From assembly GCF_963921235.1 (NCBI RefSeq), contig NC_086108.1:89344001-89408000 (forward strand): a stretch of 64,000 nt of DNA, given 5' to 3'. Made by a program: the position numbers and the translations under genes. The notes under the pieces were generated by a model, which worked only from the letters and a program-made list of their open reading frames with translations, was not told the DNA's origin and searched no databases. This DNA is from Mobula hypostoma. Its lineage: Eukaryota. Below, piece by piece: positions 12,908 to 25,700 of this stretch. How positions within the stretch are numbered: position 1 is the stretch's first letter; every line of letters starts with the position of its first letter.

Positions 12908-12974
12908 CAGTACTGTGCAAAAGTCTTAGGCACCCTAGCTATATATATGTGCCTGAGATCTTTGCACAGTACTG
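12908..12974. mobile_element. 67-bp Tc1/mariner-type MITE
   Basis: TA-cagtactgtgcaaaagtcttaggcac...gtgcctgagatctttgcacagtactg-TA: ~26-bp TIRs and a TA TSD. Confidence 0.88.
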
Positions 12975-13263
12975 TATTTTTTTCATGAATTCTGTAGAGC
13001 AACTATTTAGAAGTTGCTACATCACTAACAATATTTATACATCCCCCCCTCCAGCATTAAAGTTCAAAATAAGTTTATTATCAAAAAATGTCACAATATC
13101 CAACCCCAAGATTCATCTGCTTCAGGGCGTACTCAACAAATCTATAGAATAATAACTGTAACAATCAAGAGCCTGATGGTTGAGGTGTAATAACTGTACC
13201 TGAACCTAGTGGCATAGGTCCTGAGGCTCCTGTACCTTAAAGTTATTCTCCATTATTATATTA

Positions 13264-14029
13264 CAGACATCCCACCCTGCAAAAACTCATTTCAGGGAGG
13301 TAGCACCATCAATTTGCGGGAGACTCCCGGAACTTCTGGGAGAGGTGGGATGTCTGCAATAGAGTAGCTCCTTAGCAGCTAGCCAGCTAGTTTAAATAAT
13401 GTTAGCTATGCTAATGAACGAATGACACCTGTTAAACTCACCTCAACACGTCTTTTACAGTCTTAACCCACCATGGGCAATAGAAAAGTCACTGTTGCAA
13501 ACAGTGCAGTGAGCAACACTGTCATTATTTTTGACCCCTATTAGGCAGGGGTACACTTTAGTGTAGCCTGGGGTGATGTACGTTTTATATTTTCTTTTTT
13601 GGAACACTCCGCCACTCTGACTTTCTTTGGAACTCTCTCGCTCTTGCTCTCGCTCTCTCTCTCATGCACGCGCGCTCTCTCGCTCGTGGTTGCTCTCTCT
13701 CGCGCTTGCTTTCTTGCTCTTGCTCTCTCTCGCGCGCTCTCACTCTCTCTCGCGCGCTCTCACTCTCTCTCGCACGCGCGCGCTCTCTCTCTCTCTCATG
13801 GCCACTCTCTCTCTCTCGTGGCCACTCTCTCTCGCGCGCGCACTCTCACGCTCTCTCTCGTGGTTGCTCTCACTCGCGCTTGCTTTCTTGCTCTTGCGCT
13901 CGCTCTCTCTCGCGCGCTCGCTCTCAAAAAAATTGATTTCCATGATATTGTATATAATTTGCAGGCATCAGGGAGCCACTATTAATATGCAGGAGACGTC
14001 CGGAACTTCCAGGAGAGGTGGGATGTCTG
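13264..14029. mobile_element. Non-autonomous DNA transposon with 13-bp TIRs and a 6-bp TSD
   Basis: CAGACATCCCACC (13264-13276) and GGTGGGATGTCTG (14017-14029), with ATATTA on both sides. Confidence 0.85.
13630..13925. repeat. Compound degenerate (CT)n/(CG)n low-complexity repeat inside the MITE
   Basis: ctctctcgcgcgctctcactctctc... with a recurring ctcgtggttgctctc block. Confidence 0.9.
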
Positions 14030-15049
14030 ATATTATGGTCAAAGTTGCTTTAAGGTTTCTGTGCTTTAACTTCTTTTATCTACAATAGTTCATCATTAGA
14101 TCTAGAGATTTCTTTGTCATCCTGGTTATGTATTGCATTAAGTGAGTTGTCTGTAAACTAAGCTAAACTACAGAACCTGACAGGATGCCCCCAGTTGAAA
14201 TGAACTCTGAAATCAGAGATTAGGTTGAGCTGCACATTGCCAGCAGATCCATGCCTATTATTGTTAGGGTGACTCACCCATATGTAAATATCAAGCATGG
14301 AACTGCCATCTTCTTGCTACTGAGATCATGGAAGAAAGCACAAGTACTCACTGGGACCCAGATCATCCACAGCCAATAAGTTTAGATCTTTAGTCATTGA
14401 CATATAACAGAGAGTATTCCTTTTTCAGTCTTCTTGTATTGTTTTAATTCATTCATGTGTCAATTAGTGACAGACAATTACTCATGACAATAATTGTAAA
14501 AATAATAGTTTGTTGTCTATCCCCAAGTGATTCCTGAAATGGATAGCGATTTCAAAAAGGAATTAACAGTCACAGAAAGGCCAAACTGGCAGATTTCCTC
14601 TTCTGAAGTGAAGCAGCTGGGTTTTTAATGACAGTCCAGATTTTTCATGGTCTTTATTACTGTACATGCTGTATAGTTCCAAATCTATTTAATCTGAATT
14701 CCCCCAGTGCTGTACTGGGACTTGAATTCAAGTCTCTGATTCAAAAATTCAAGCCCTTGACCTAAAGGTTAGTAACTTAGCCACAGAACAACACCCCTAA
14801 AGAATAACTATTCTGTTTTTTCTCACCTCTTTAATCTATTTGCATTCTTCTTTCTGGTCCATCGCCCTTCCTTTATGAGGGAGTCTGAAGATGACCAATA
14901 ATGACTGATTTTTTTTCAAGATTTCTGCTGCCTGAACTAAATGTTTTACCATTAGTATGTTGTTTTCTCTAATATGTCAACATGATCCATGACTCCTTTA
15001 TTCCCCCTGCCCCCACACAGCCCTTATCTTTTTTGCAGACTTGTTTTAT

Positions 15050-15322
15050 TATTTTTTTCAGAAATACAGTGTGTAACAGGCCTTTCCGGCCCAATGAGCC
15101 ACACCACCCAGCAACCCACCTATTTAACACTAGCCTAATCACAGGACAATTTACAATGGCCAATTAATCTACTAACCGGTATGTCTTTGGACTGTGGGAG
15201 GAAACACACACACTCACGGGTGGAACATGCAAACTCTTTACAGATGGCACCGGAATTGAACTTCGAACTTCAGAACACCCAGAGCTGTAGTAGTGTCATG
15301 CTAACCACTACCTTACTGTGGT
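15050..15322 (-). mobile_element. V-SINE/HE1-like SINE
   Basis: Reverse complement of the tail (aacaggcctttccggccca), core (gtctttggactgtgggaggaaac) and tRNA-like head. Confidence 0.75.
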
Positions 15323-16509
15323 GTCGATGCTCAACTCTGAGTTTCAGCAGCATTCCCCGGCAATCCCAACTCTACTCAAGAAGGAATCGCAAGTGCAGAA
15401 TAGGAGTTAAAAGACAGCTTTAAGAAAATGCAACAATTAGTCAATGAATCTATTGTTTACAGTGAATAATGTATAATTCATTTAAAAATAGCAAAAGAAT
15501 TTATCCATTATAATTAGACAGGTGTTCCATTATATAACTGTGGAGCAATGTAATGAGCTCTCATGGAAGTCTTGTTGTAATTGATCCAATGATAAAATTG
15601 ATCAGCCAAGGTAAAATATTTTGAGAAAGTGGGGACATTTTTTTAAAAGATTGGACTTTAATCCATCTAGAAATGAACAAGCATGATATAACTATGCCAG
15701 CTGCCTGCACCATTCTCATCTACACTGATTTCCAGGTTGACAGCAAGCAGAAGCCACACATGCATACATCAGTAGTTTTCTTCCTGCAGTCAGCAAACCA
15801 TATGTCTATGGTGTTTTCACCACTCCAACCTGATCCCACAGTCCCTGTTGCAAGTAACTGCAATCGACCAAGTCATTTCCAACCTCCATCCAATTATTAC
15901 CTCAGATTCCTTCCCACCACTCCTTTCCCCACGTCTGCCACAACCTCTATAAAGCTGCTTTAGCAGTCCAGGTTTATACATGTCCAAAGCAATCCCAATG
16001 AAAATTATGATTGATAACCACTGATTGAAAAATCAGAACCAAATGATGTAGTTAAAGGGCAAATGTTATTTTCATGCTAAACTACTTGCTTCTTGTAATT
16101 CTTGATATTAATACGCTGATCCTTTAATTTCACAAAAGCTCAAGCCCCTACCTCCAGATCTTTACCTTTCAGACTGTATGACAATTTCCACTATCAGCTC
16201 ACACCACATTACAAGAAGAGCCTGAGCTGAAAGTCATTCAAGTTCATTGTTGACTACTGGTGACCACTGCATATTCTCTGTCCACCTTTCATACAACAGG
16301 GCACAGTATGAAAATTAGTCCCAAAGTGATTGACTCAGTTAACAAATACACAGAGAGAAGGGACCTCATGTGCACCAACCAAACTCAGTAACAGCATAGA
16401 ATTTGAAAATTGAGACAGTCACACAGTGAGAAAATAAATGGCAGAAAAATAGACACAAGTCTGTAAAATATATTGATACAACAATTTCAATTACTATGCT
16501 GAGATACAT

Positions 16510-16895
16510 CCCAGAATGAACTGAGACACATCAGTGATGTAACCTGGGTCATCGGGTGTTATGGGCCTCTCGACATCAGACACTCTCGCCCAGGCAACCC
16601 AGCCAGGTTGATCAGGCCCTGACCTGTGTTCCAGGAGCACTAGTCCATAGGTCACATCTCTTGATCCATAGCCACCTGGAGGCTCACTCAGCAGCCCCTG
16701 TGATGGTCCTGATGGCTCTTCTAATTGCAGCCCCGGTAATACCAAGGAGAGAGTAGGTTCTGCATAGTAAGCAGCCAGCAAAACCTCTGCACCCCACCTC
16801 GTATTGGCTTGCAACATGCCCTCCACTCCTGCCTCTAGTACTGCTCGACCAGCTCCTGGTATTTGATTTTCTTACACTCAAGCACCTCCTCAACT
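16510..16895 (-). mobile_element. 3' fragment of a restriction-like-endonuclease non-LTR retrotransposon (HERO-like)
   Basis: Minus-strand frames give K..KYQELVEQ and EVGCRGFAG...LGITGAAIRRAIRTITGAAE then ASRWLWIKR, the REL-domain C-terminus typical of HERO-clade elements. Confidence 0.75.
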
Positions 16896-17844
16896 GGTAT
16901 TCTCAAGGAATTGTAAGTTCTACCATGACCCCGCTTTGAGACTTCTGAAAGAATGACCATATACTGAATTATGATTCTGAAAATCATTTTAAAGAAGTGT
17001 TTCATTGTTTCCAATTTCTCTACATTTTAGTGGTAGAGATACTGTAATTTAACGTTTAGATTATAGGTAACTGTAGTATCACCTTTTAAATGTAAAATTG
17101 TCTCCTACAATTATAAGTTAATGAATGTTCCATATACCAGTGTTTTATGACTCTCCCTAGTGTCCTCTTTGAAATGGGTCATGGTATATTTGGATCATCA
17201 AAGTTACTATAATTGTCTTCAGAGCATGTCCTGACAAATGCAATTGTTTATTATTTATGTATGAGTAACTTTACGTTTTTGTTTACGATCTCAGATGGAA
17301 GCAGCTTTATTCTATAGTTTCCTGATGTGGATTATAGTAGTTTTCTTCAGAAACAAGTAAAACCACAGATTAATATTGTGATTGTTTTTGAGAATTCCCA
17401 GCTTGGCACCTGTCATTCAACAGTCTTTGCTGCACTGATTCATGTGGGCATAAGTATAATCATAATTTTGGTTCCAATTTGGATATTACCATGGGCAAAA
17501 TCTTATCACATCACATGTACTTCATTATTATATGATACAATTAACACTACAGAATTCATGAAATGGAAAGTGGGGAAGGAGGAAATGGTGCCATATGCTT
17601 GTATCTGAAATCTCACTTCAAGCCTAGAATATATATTGAAGTGATATATTACTGGCACTGCATAGTCAAAGTTATTAGAACTATTTAAAGATACCTTTAT
17701 TAAACCTGAACATTTCCTCATGCGTGTCACTTATCATCATTAAATAGCACATGCATATGCGTCTGTTACTGCTTACAACAACAAGCATACGTATCTCACA
17801 TTTTTTGTCAGGGCTACTTTTTCCTTCTGAAAACTGATAAAACC

Positions 17845-18265
17845 ATAAGACATAGGAGCAGAATTAGGTCATTTGGCCCATTGAGTCTGCTCTGCATAAT
17901 GGCTGCTTTACCTTCCTCTGAATCCTATTCTCCTTCCTCCCCCTGTAAACTTTGGCGCTCTTACTAATCATTTTCCACGTTAAATACACCCAGTGCTCAG
18001 CCTCTGCTGCTATCTGTGGCAATGAATTCCACAGATTCACTACACACTGACTGTAAAAATTCCTCTTCATCTCTGTTCCAAATGAGAATCCTTCTATTCC
18101 AAGGCTGTGCCTGATCTTAGACTACCCTTTTATAAGAAACAACATCTCCACCTCCACTCTATCTATGCCTTTCAACATTTGGTAGGTTTCAATGAGATCC
18201 TTCCTCAGTCTCCTAAACTCCTGCGAGTACAGGCACAGAGCCATCATGTGTTAACCCTTTCATTT
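17845..18265 (-). mobile_element. CR1 3' end
   Basis: RNFYSQCVVNLWNSLPQ; tail cataagacataggagcagaattagg. Confidence 0.8.
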
Positions 18266-19249
18266 GCTCATGCACAAGTATGATTTACAAAATTCCAACT
18301 GGTATTAATCCCCTTTAACTCCGAAGATCAAAGGTGATTTGCTATCATGCAATTGATTATTTTTAATCTGAGGGTGTAAATTTAATATTTTAAGCAGTTT
18401 CGGTTGGACTGTTCCAACTAAGTCCTTAAAAAACTAAATGAATGGGATGTATTTAAGGATATTAAATTATTTTAATATATAAATAACTTCATTTTAATTG
18501 AAGTGCAGTGATTTTCTTGATACTGTTCAACACAAGAATCCACAATAAAAAAATCTGTAATTTCTTTTAATCCATGTTTCACCGCAGAACAATATAATAT
18601 ATCTATACATAAATGAACCAACTGGAACAGAAGATTGTGCTTGATTGGGTTTTATGCAGCTCACTTGGTGTATAAACACTGACATGGACCAGATGACCAA
18701 TTTATTGCAGTAAATTACATATAATTCTCTAAGTCAACATTAATCTTTTCCTTCGATAGCTGACACACTATGACCTGCAACAAGTTATTTATTCTTCAAA
18801 AGTGTAAAAGAGCACATCCCCTGCTAAATACCAAAATGTAAAATTCATCAGTGTAAGCGGACTGGAGCAAAGGACAGTTGATACACACAATACACACAAA
18901 ATGCTGGAGGAATTCGGCAAGCCAGACAGCATCTATTGATACACACGCATCTGGAGAAGGTGGGGAAGGGAAATATAAAAAGGTATGCATAAAAGCAAAT
19001 ATATTTGAAAGGTTTAGTGAACATACCCTTCGATAAGAGGGACACAGTTACTTCCATAGATCTGACTGGAAAAAATAATTGGTAAGACTTAAAATAATGA
19101 AAATCGTAACAATGTGAAGAAAAGCCCTCTGTCACCAGGTAATAGTTATGCTGTGGAACTCACTGCATATAATGCTAGCAATTTTTGGATGTGAGAGTTT
19201 ACTGGATAAGGCAATGAAGTCCAGAGTGGGCAAAGATATAGATGAAAGT

Positions 19250-19760
19250 TACACATACACAATGCTGGAGGAACTCAGCAGGCCAGGCAGCATCAATGGA
19301 AAAGAGTAAACAGTTGACGTTTCAGTCCGGGGCCCTTCATCAGGACTGGAGAAAAAAAATGACAGTCATAGTAAGAAGGTGGGGAGGAGGGGAGGAAGAA
19401 GTACAAGGTAGTAGGTGATAGGTGAAGCCGGGAGAAAGAGAGGGGTGAAGTAAAGAGCTGAAAACCGATTGGTGAAGAGATGAAAGGCTGGAAAAGGGGG
19501 AATTTGATAGGAAAGGGCAGAAGGCCGTGGAAGAAAGGGAAGGGGGAGAAGCACCAGAGGGAGGTGATGGCAGATAAGGAGATAAGGTGAGAGGGGGAAA
19601 TGGGAATGAGGAATGGTGAAGGGGGTGGTGGGGGGGGGGTTGGGCTAATTACCAGAAGTTTGGAAAATTGATTGCAAGCCATCAGGTTGGAGGCTACACA
19701 GATGGAATACAAAGTGTTGCTCCTTCAACCTGAGTGTGGTTTCTTCGCAGTAGTAGAGGA
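19250..19760 (-). mobile_element. Penelope-like 3' end/pLTR with hammerhead motif (19311-19348)
   Basis: TTLRLKEQHFVFHLCSLQPDG; minus strand CAGUC-CUGAUGA-AGGGCCCCGGACU-GAAA-CGUC-AACUG. Confidence 0.85.
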
Positions 19761-21259
19761 TGAGTGTTTCCAGATGAGTTGAGACAGAAATAGAGAAATG
19801 AAATATTACAGAGATAGCATTTAATGCTGTCATAGGATTGCAACATCTCAGGGAATAACATCCAATCCCAGCTGAAAAGTTCAGAGCAACTTCAATGGAG
19901 TTGCCAAAAAGAGGGATGGAGTCTGTGGCTAGAAAGAGTAATTTCTTATAGAGACAACAAGCAATGTCTTCAGTTATCTGAACACTCATCTGCTCAAGAT
20001 TTCCTTCAGTAGTTGCTGTAAGACATGTGGCATGACAATCTAGTGTCAGTGGACAAAATAAGAAAGGCGATGCCACTGTAGAAACAGGTATTTTCGGCAT
20101 AAATTGAGTAACTGAAGCTGTATTTTTGAATGATTGATGGGGTAGTATGAAGATGGGGACAAGCGAGAATGACTCTTGGGGAAGAATAGTACAGCTAAGA
20201 GAAGAGAAGGCAAGGGAAGTCACCAGACTCTCCAGCTATGACTGGATAGACTAGAATGAAACCCATGGAAGGTGATCCTAGCCAGCTGAATGGGGAGAGA
20301 TGTATTGGATGATGATGCTCTGGTTAACCAAACTGTGTGTTAAAGAAGATTAAGAGTGACAAGGATTAAGAGTCTTTCTGTAAAGATGGCACAGAACTGT
20401 AATGTCCATCAGTATTGTGGCTCAGTTGCTTATTAGGCTTGCAGTGATAGTTTGGGGATCATCATGGGGAATAAGGGATCAGATTAAGGTTTAGGGACAG
20501 GCATAAGGAAGAGTTAGAGGTTATGCATAGTAAATGAACAGCCAAGAGCAGGAGACAGTGTTTGAGCTAAGTTGGTACCGAATTGTGATGCCTGATGTTG
20601 CATCTCAGTCTTAGTGCTTATTTTAGGATTCATAGGGATGGGCTGGGGATAGTGTTGGGTCAGGTTAAGGTTCAGGGACAGAGATGAAGAAGAATGAAGA
20701 GTCAAGGGTAGAAGCCTATGTTCAGAGTCCAGGTTGGAATGCTCCGCAGTCAATGGTCAGTGATAAGGAAGGTAGAGTTGTGTCAGGTTGACAGGTGCTG
20801 AAGAGACCAGCAATCCTCAAATTGCCAACTCCTGAGTCAAAATCACGAGGGCCACCCTTCCCATGTGAGTCCGGAAGATGAGGCCTGAAATGCACTGTGG
20901 TTCTGGAGGTCAGGTCGGTCAAGGCTCTAAGATCAAACCCAAATTGGCAAATATAAAGCCCAAAGGTTGAACTCATGATCCACAAGTCCTAAAGTCAATA
21001 CCCAGAGGTTGGTGAGGTCCAAAGGGCAAAGCCAAATATCAAAGTTCAGAGCTCTGAGAGTCCGAAGGCAGAGAGCTGCAAAGGTCAATAACCAAAGCTG
21101 GCAAGTCCGAAGGTAGAGAGGGAGTCCAGGCCAGACACTGGAGGTTGGAAGCCAAATATCTATGAGCATGATAGTATGAGGCCAAGAACTGGAGGTCCAG
21201 AGGCAGCTTGCCCTGGGTTTAGAGGCCGGTGTAAGTGAAGGGGTGGGAGGGTGGGGAAG

Positions 21260-23102
21260 GGGGCATGAGAAGGTCTTGGTGAGTAGGGTAAAGGAAAACC
21301 CCAAGGCCTTCTTCAATTATGTGAAGAACAAAAGGATGACAGGAATGAAGGTAGGACCGATTAGAGATAAAGGTGGGAAGATATGCCTGGAGGCTTTGGA
21401 AGTGAGCGAGGTCCTCAACACATACTTCTCTTCGGTATTCACCAATGAGAGGAAACTTGATGATGGTGAGGACAATATGAGTGAGGTTGATGTTCTGGAG
21501 CATGTTGATATTAAGGGAGAGGAGGTGTTGGAGTTAAAAATACATTAGGACAGATAAGTCTCCGGGGCCTGACGGAATATTCCCCAGGCTGCTCCACGAG
21601 GTGAGGGAAGAGATTGCTCAGCCTCTGGCTAGGATCTTTATGTCCTCGTTGTCTACGGGAATGGTACCAGAGGATTGGAGGGAGGCGAATGTTGTCCCTT
21701 TGATCAAAAAAGGTAGTAGGGATAGTCTGGGTAATTATAGACCAGTGAGCCTTACATCTGTAGTGGGAAAGCTGTTGGAAAAGATTCTTAGAGGTAGGAT
21801 CTATGGTCATTTAGAGAATCATGGTCTGATCAGGGACAATCAGCATGGCTTTGTGAAGGGCAGATCGTGTCTAGCAAGCCTGACAGAGTTCCTTGAGGAG
21901 GTGACCAGGCATATAGATGAGGGTAGTGCAGTGGATGTGATCTATATGGATTTTAGGAAGGCATTTGACAAGGTTCTACACGGTAGGCTTATTCAGAAAG
22001 TCAGAAGGCATGGGATCCAGGGAAGTTTAGCCAGGTGGATTCAGAATTAGCTTACCTACAGAAGGCAGAGGGTCATGGTGGAGGGAGTACATTCGGATTG
22101 GAGGGATGTGACTAGTGGTGTCCCACAAGGATCGGTTCTGGGACCTCTACTTTCGTGATTTTTATTAACGACCTGGATGTGGGGGTAGAAGAGTGGGTTG
22201 GCAAGTTTGCAGGTGACACAAAGGTTGGTGGTGTTGTAGATAGTGTAGAGGATTGTCAAAGATTGCAGAGAGACATTGATAGGATGCAGAAGTGGGCTGA
22301 GAAGTGGCAGATGGAGTTCAACCCGGAGAAGTGTGAGGTGGTACACCTTGGAAGGACAAACTCCAAGGCAGAGTACAAAGTAAATGGCAGGATATTTGGT
22401 AGTGTGGAAGAGCAAAGGGATCTGGGGGTACATGTCCACAATCCCTGAAAGTTGCCTCACAGGTAGATAGGGTAGTTAGGAAAGCTTATGGGGTGTTAGC
22501 TTTCATAAGGCAAGGGATAGAGTTTAAAAGTCGTGGGGTAATGACGCAGCTCTATAAAACTCTGGTTAGGCCACACTTGGAGTACTGTGTCCAGTTCTGG
22601 TCGCCTCACTATAGGAAGGAAATGGAAGCATTGGAAAGGGTAAAGGGGAGATTTACCAGGATGCTGCCTGGTTTAGAGAGTATGCATTATGATCAGAGAT
22701 TAAGGAAGCTAGGGCTTTACTCTTTGGAGAGAAGGAGAATGAGAGGAGACATGATAGAGGTGTACAAGATATTAAGAGGAATAGATAGAGTGGACAGCCA
22801 GCGCCTCTTCCCCAGGGCACCACTGCTCAATACAAGAGGTCATGGCTTTAAGGTAAGGGGTAGGAAGTTCAAAGGGGATATTAGAGGAAGGCATTCTTAC
22901 TCAGAGAGTGGTTGGTGCGTGGAATGCACTGCCTGAGTCAGTGGTGGAGGCAGATATGCTAGTGAAATTTAAGAGACTACTAGACAGGTATATGGAGGAA
23001 TTTAAGGTGGGGCATTATATGGGAGACGGGGTTAAGTGTCGGCGCAACATTGTGGGCTGAAGGGCCTGTACTGTGCTGTACTATTCTCTGTTCTATGTTC
23101 TA
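21260..23102 (+). mobile_element. 5'-truncated CR1 LINE, RT ORF broken by frameshifts and stops
   Basis: VPEDWREANVVPL, NYRPVSLTSVVGK, QHGFVKGRSC, YMDFRKAFDKV, KFAGDTK, VRPHLEYCVQFWSP; ttctatgttcta tail. Confidence 0.95.
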
Positions 23103-24079
23103 GGTTCATTAAGCTGTCATTGCTGCTTTTCGTGTTCTATGTTGTGTGTCGTGTTGTGTTGGTGTGTTGAATATTGTCAGCATGTTATGCTGGCACTGGA
23201 ATGGGTAGCACCACTTGTGGGCTACCCCCGGCACATCACTGGCTGTTAATGCACTTGACTGTATATTTTGATATAGATGTGAGATGTAAATCAGAATCTG
23301 AAGGACAGATGCATTGCCATTGCCACAATCACATGGATATTAGCAATTATGCTAACAGTTGTTTTGTTACTGTGGCAAAGGGCTAAAGTTCATTAGATAA
23401 TTGCAAGCAAGTGCAGCTGTGAAAGATGGAGATAGATGTTTGTGACTATAACGATTTCAGAGGCTTTGGAGAGGAAAGGGATGTCTAGTGTAAGAGTCAA
23501 AGTATTTTATGTACATCACACAGGGCTCATAAGCCTGTCCCGCTCTGACATCCTGAGATTTGTCAGAAGGTCTACAGCACTAATATATATAGAACATAGA
23601 TGGTACAGCAGGCCCTTCAGCCCATAATGTCCATGCTGACCGTGACCAATTTAAACTAATCACAACTGCCTGCACCTGGTCTGTACCCCTCCCCCCCCCC
23701 CATCTGTCCACACTGCTGCGTTTGAAATCTTTTGATGGCATCAATACCAAAAATTCTATTTCCTGTGAGGAGAGGACAAGAGGGAATACACTTAAACTTA
23801 GAGCTGAGCTACATAGGCAAAAAAAAAATCATGTCAGCACTCCTTCAAAGTGTGGTGCAAATCTAGAACTCCCTTCCCACAAGCCTGTGGACAGCAGATT
23901 AATTGAAATTTTAAAAATTGAGGTTAATAGATTTTAATTGAGGAAGGATATCAAGAGAATTGAAGCAAAAGCAGAAAAATCCTGAGGCTTTAAATCTGTT
24001 GTGATCTGATTAAGCGGTCAAACTGCATAGTTGTACCTCTATGGCCAAAGTCGCCCCTGTCATTAACCTGATAGCCATC

Positions 24080-24660
24080 AACTGAGCACATAAATAGTCA
24101 GTGCCACGATGTTAGGTGGTGGGAGTGACTTGCCTCATGAATCCTCACTGTCTTTCCACCATCCGCAAAGCACATATCAGTATTGTGATGGAATATTGCC
24201 CATCAGAGTGGACGTTGCAGCTCAGGGCACAGCTGCAGGTCAACAGCAGCCTGAATAAAGCAGCCTCCTCAATTCACACCCCATCCACCACCTTAAACAT
24301 TTACTCCCTCCAATAATGCAACACCAATACAATGTGCACTCTCTGCAAAAAAATCACTGCAGCTTTCAGTAAAGCTTTTTCAACACCACTTCATAGAGCT
24401 GTCACTTCACCACCTGGCAGAGCAAGGTAGAAGATCAGCACCTACACTTTCCCTTTCATGTAATACATCAAAGTGACTGAGAAATAGATGGTTGGTCATT
24501 TGTTGCTGCTGGGGCAAAATCCTTGAACTCCTTCCTGAATGTTACTACAGGAATACCCTGAACATTCAGGCTACAGCAGATGAGTAAGGGAGCTCGCTAT
24601 AACTTCTCAAGGGAAATTCTTCAGCCAAAATAATTCAGCAATTTGCTAGTGATATCCATA
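24080..24660 (+). mobile_element. Old degraded CR1/L2-group LINE 3' fragment (related pieces at ~36550-37200 and ~11890-12060)
   Basis: LSTIRKAHISIVMEYCP...LNKAASSI resembles the C-terminal end of CR1-group ORF2; similar sequence recurs in the window. Confidence 0.5.
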
Positions 24661-24814
24661 CTCCACATTGGAGGGAAATAAATCACTTCCTCCTGTTGCT
24701 ATGATACCTAGCCATAGCTACGCTTAATGCAGAGCAAGAAATAGGACAGGAAAGGTTAGAATATGTCAAGGTATTTATAATTTTACACAGATCCTTCCTT
24801 TTGAACCTCATATA

Positions 24815-25000
24815 AAATACTTTATACTTTATTGTCACCAAACAATTGATACTAGAACGTACAATCATCACAGCGATATTTGATTCTGCGCTTCCCACTC
24901 CCTGGACAGTAAATATTAAAAATTTAAATTATAAATCATAAATAGAAAATAGAAAAATGGAAAGTAAGGTAGTGCAAAAAAACCGAGGGGCAGGTCCGGA
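24815..25000 (-). mobile_element. LINE 3' tail (Rex1/L2-like), near-identical to the start of 46865-47280
   Basis: Shared tttatactttattg...acaatcatcacagcgatatttgattctgcgc...gaaagtaaggtagtgcaaaaa. Confidence 0.75.
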
Positions 25001-25171
25001 ATACCTAAATGCTGTTGATGATATTCAAATTGGGCTAAAGTTTTGCAAAATCTTAATGAGCTGAAATGCCATGTTTAAGATAAGATTATGATTGGCTTAA
25101 TTTTTGTCAAATGTACATTGGGATAACGAAATGTAGAGTGAAATGTGTCATTTATGTCAAATCAAATAAGT

Positions 25172-25700
25172 TTCCAAGGTTGTCAAGCCGAGGGGTAGTA
25201 GTGGGGACAAGCTCCCACTACCTAAAAGTGCTCCTCACGGCATGCGCCTCAAATAGCCCCTGACAACCAAGTCCAACTCCTGGCCTTCTCGTGTGGCTTA
25301 GCCTCTAAGCTTGGCAGAACTGTTTCTACTGACAGGAGAAAGGGCGAAGGCGGGTCCTGGTGCCTTAAAACCAGTGCTTCGGGCAGATGGAGTTCGTCAG
25401 CCTGGGAAGGCAGTCCATCTAAGAGGGGGAAAACTCTGATCTCAAACCTCCGCTGCCTTGTGGCCATGCCCACTCATGAGAAAGGCTTCGGGAGTAAACC
25501 CTGAGGACAAATCCGGAGCTGGAGTCCCTAAGACAGTCCGACATTGCCTTCAACCTCGTTCTGGCAACTCCTGCGATGACACTGGTGCCAAGCTGTATCG
25601 GTGTCGTGGAGAGGGGAGACTTGCTGCATGGGCAATTGCCGGTCTTCCATACGCAGAGATTTCCAGGCGCAGATCCATGGTCTTGCAAGACTAACGGATG
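25172..25700 (+). mobile_element. Same ~600-bp non-autonomous element, copy 2 (two small internal deletions)
   Basis: Colinear with 676-1270. One deletion lies between repeated atcgg motifs. Confidence 0.8.

Noticed and set aside
13599..14088. Overlapping Leu/Ser/Arg/Ala-rich ORFs
   Set aside because: Translation artefacts of the CT/CG low-complexity repeat
20690..21240. GC-richer block with recurring gaggtc/aagtcc motifs
   Set aside because: No consistent repeat unit, termini or second copy in the window; probably a decayed repeat
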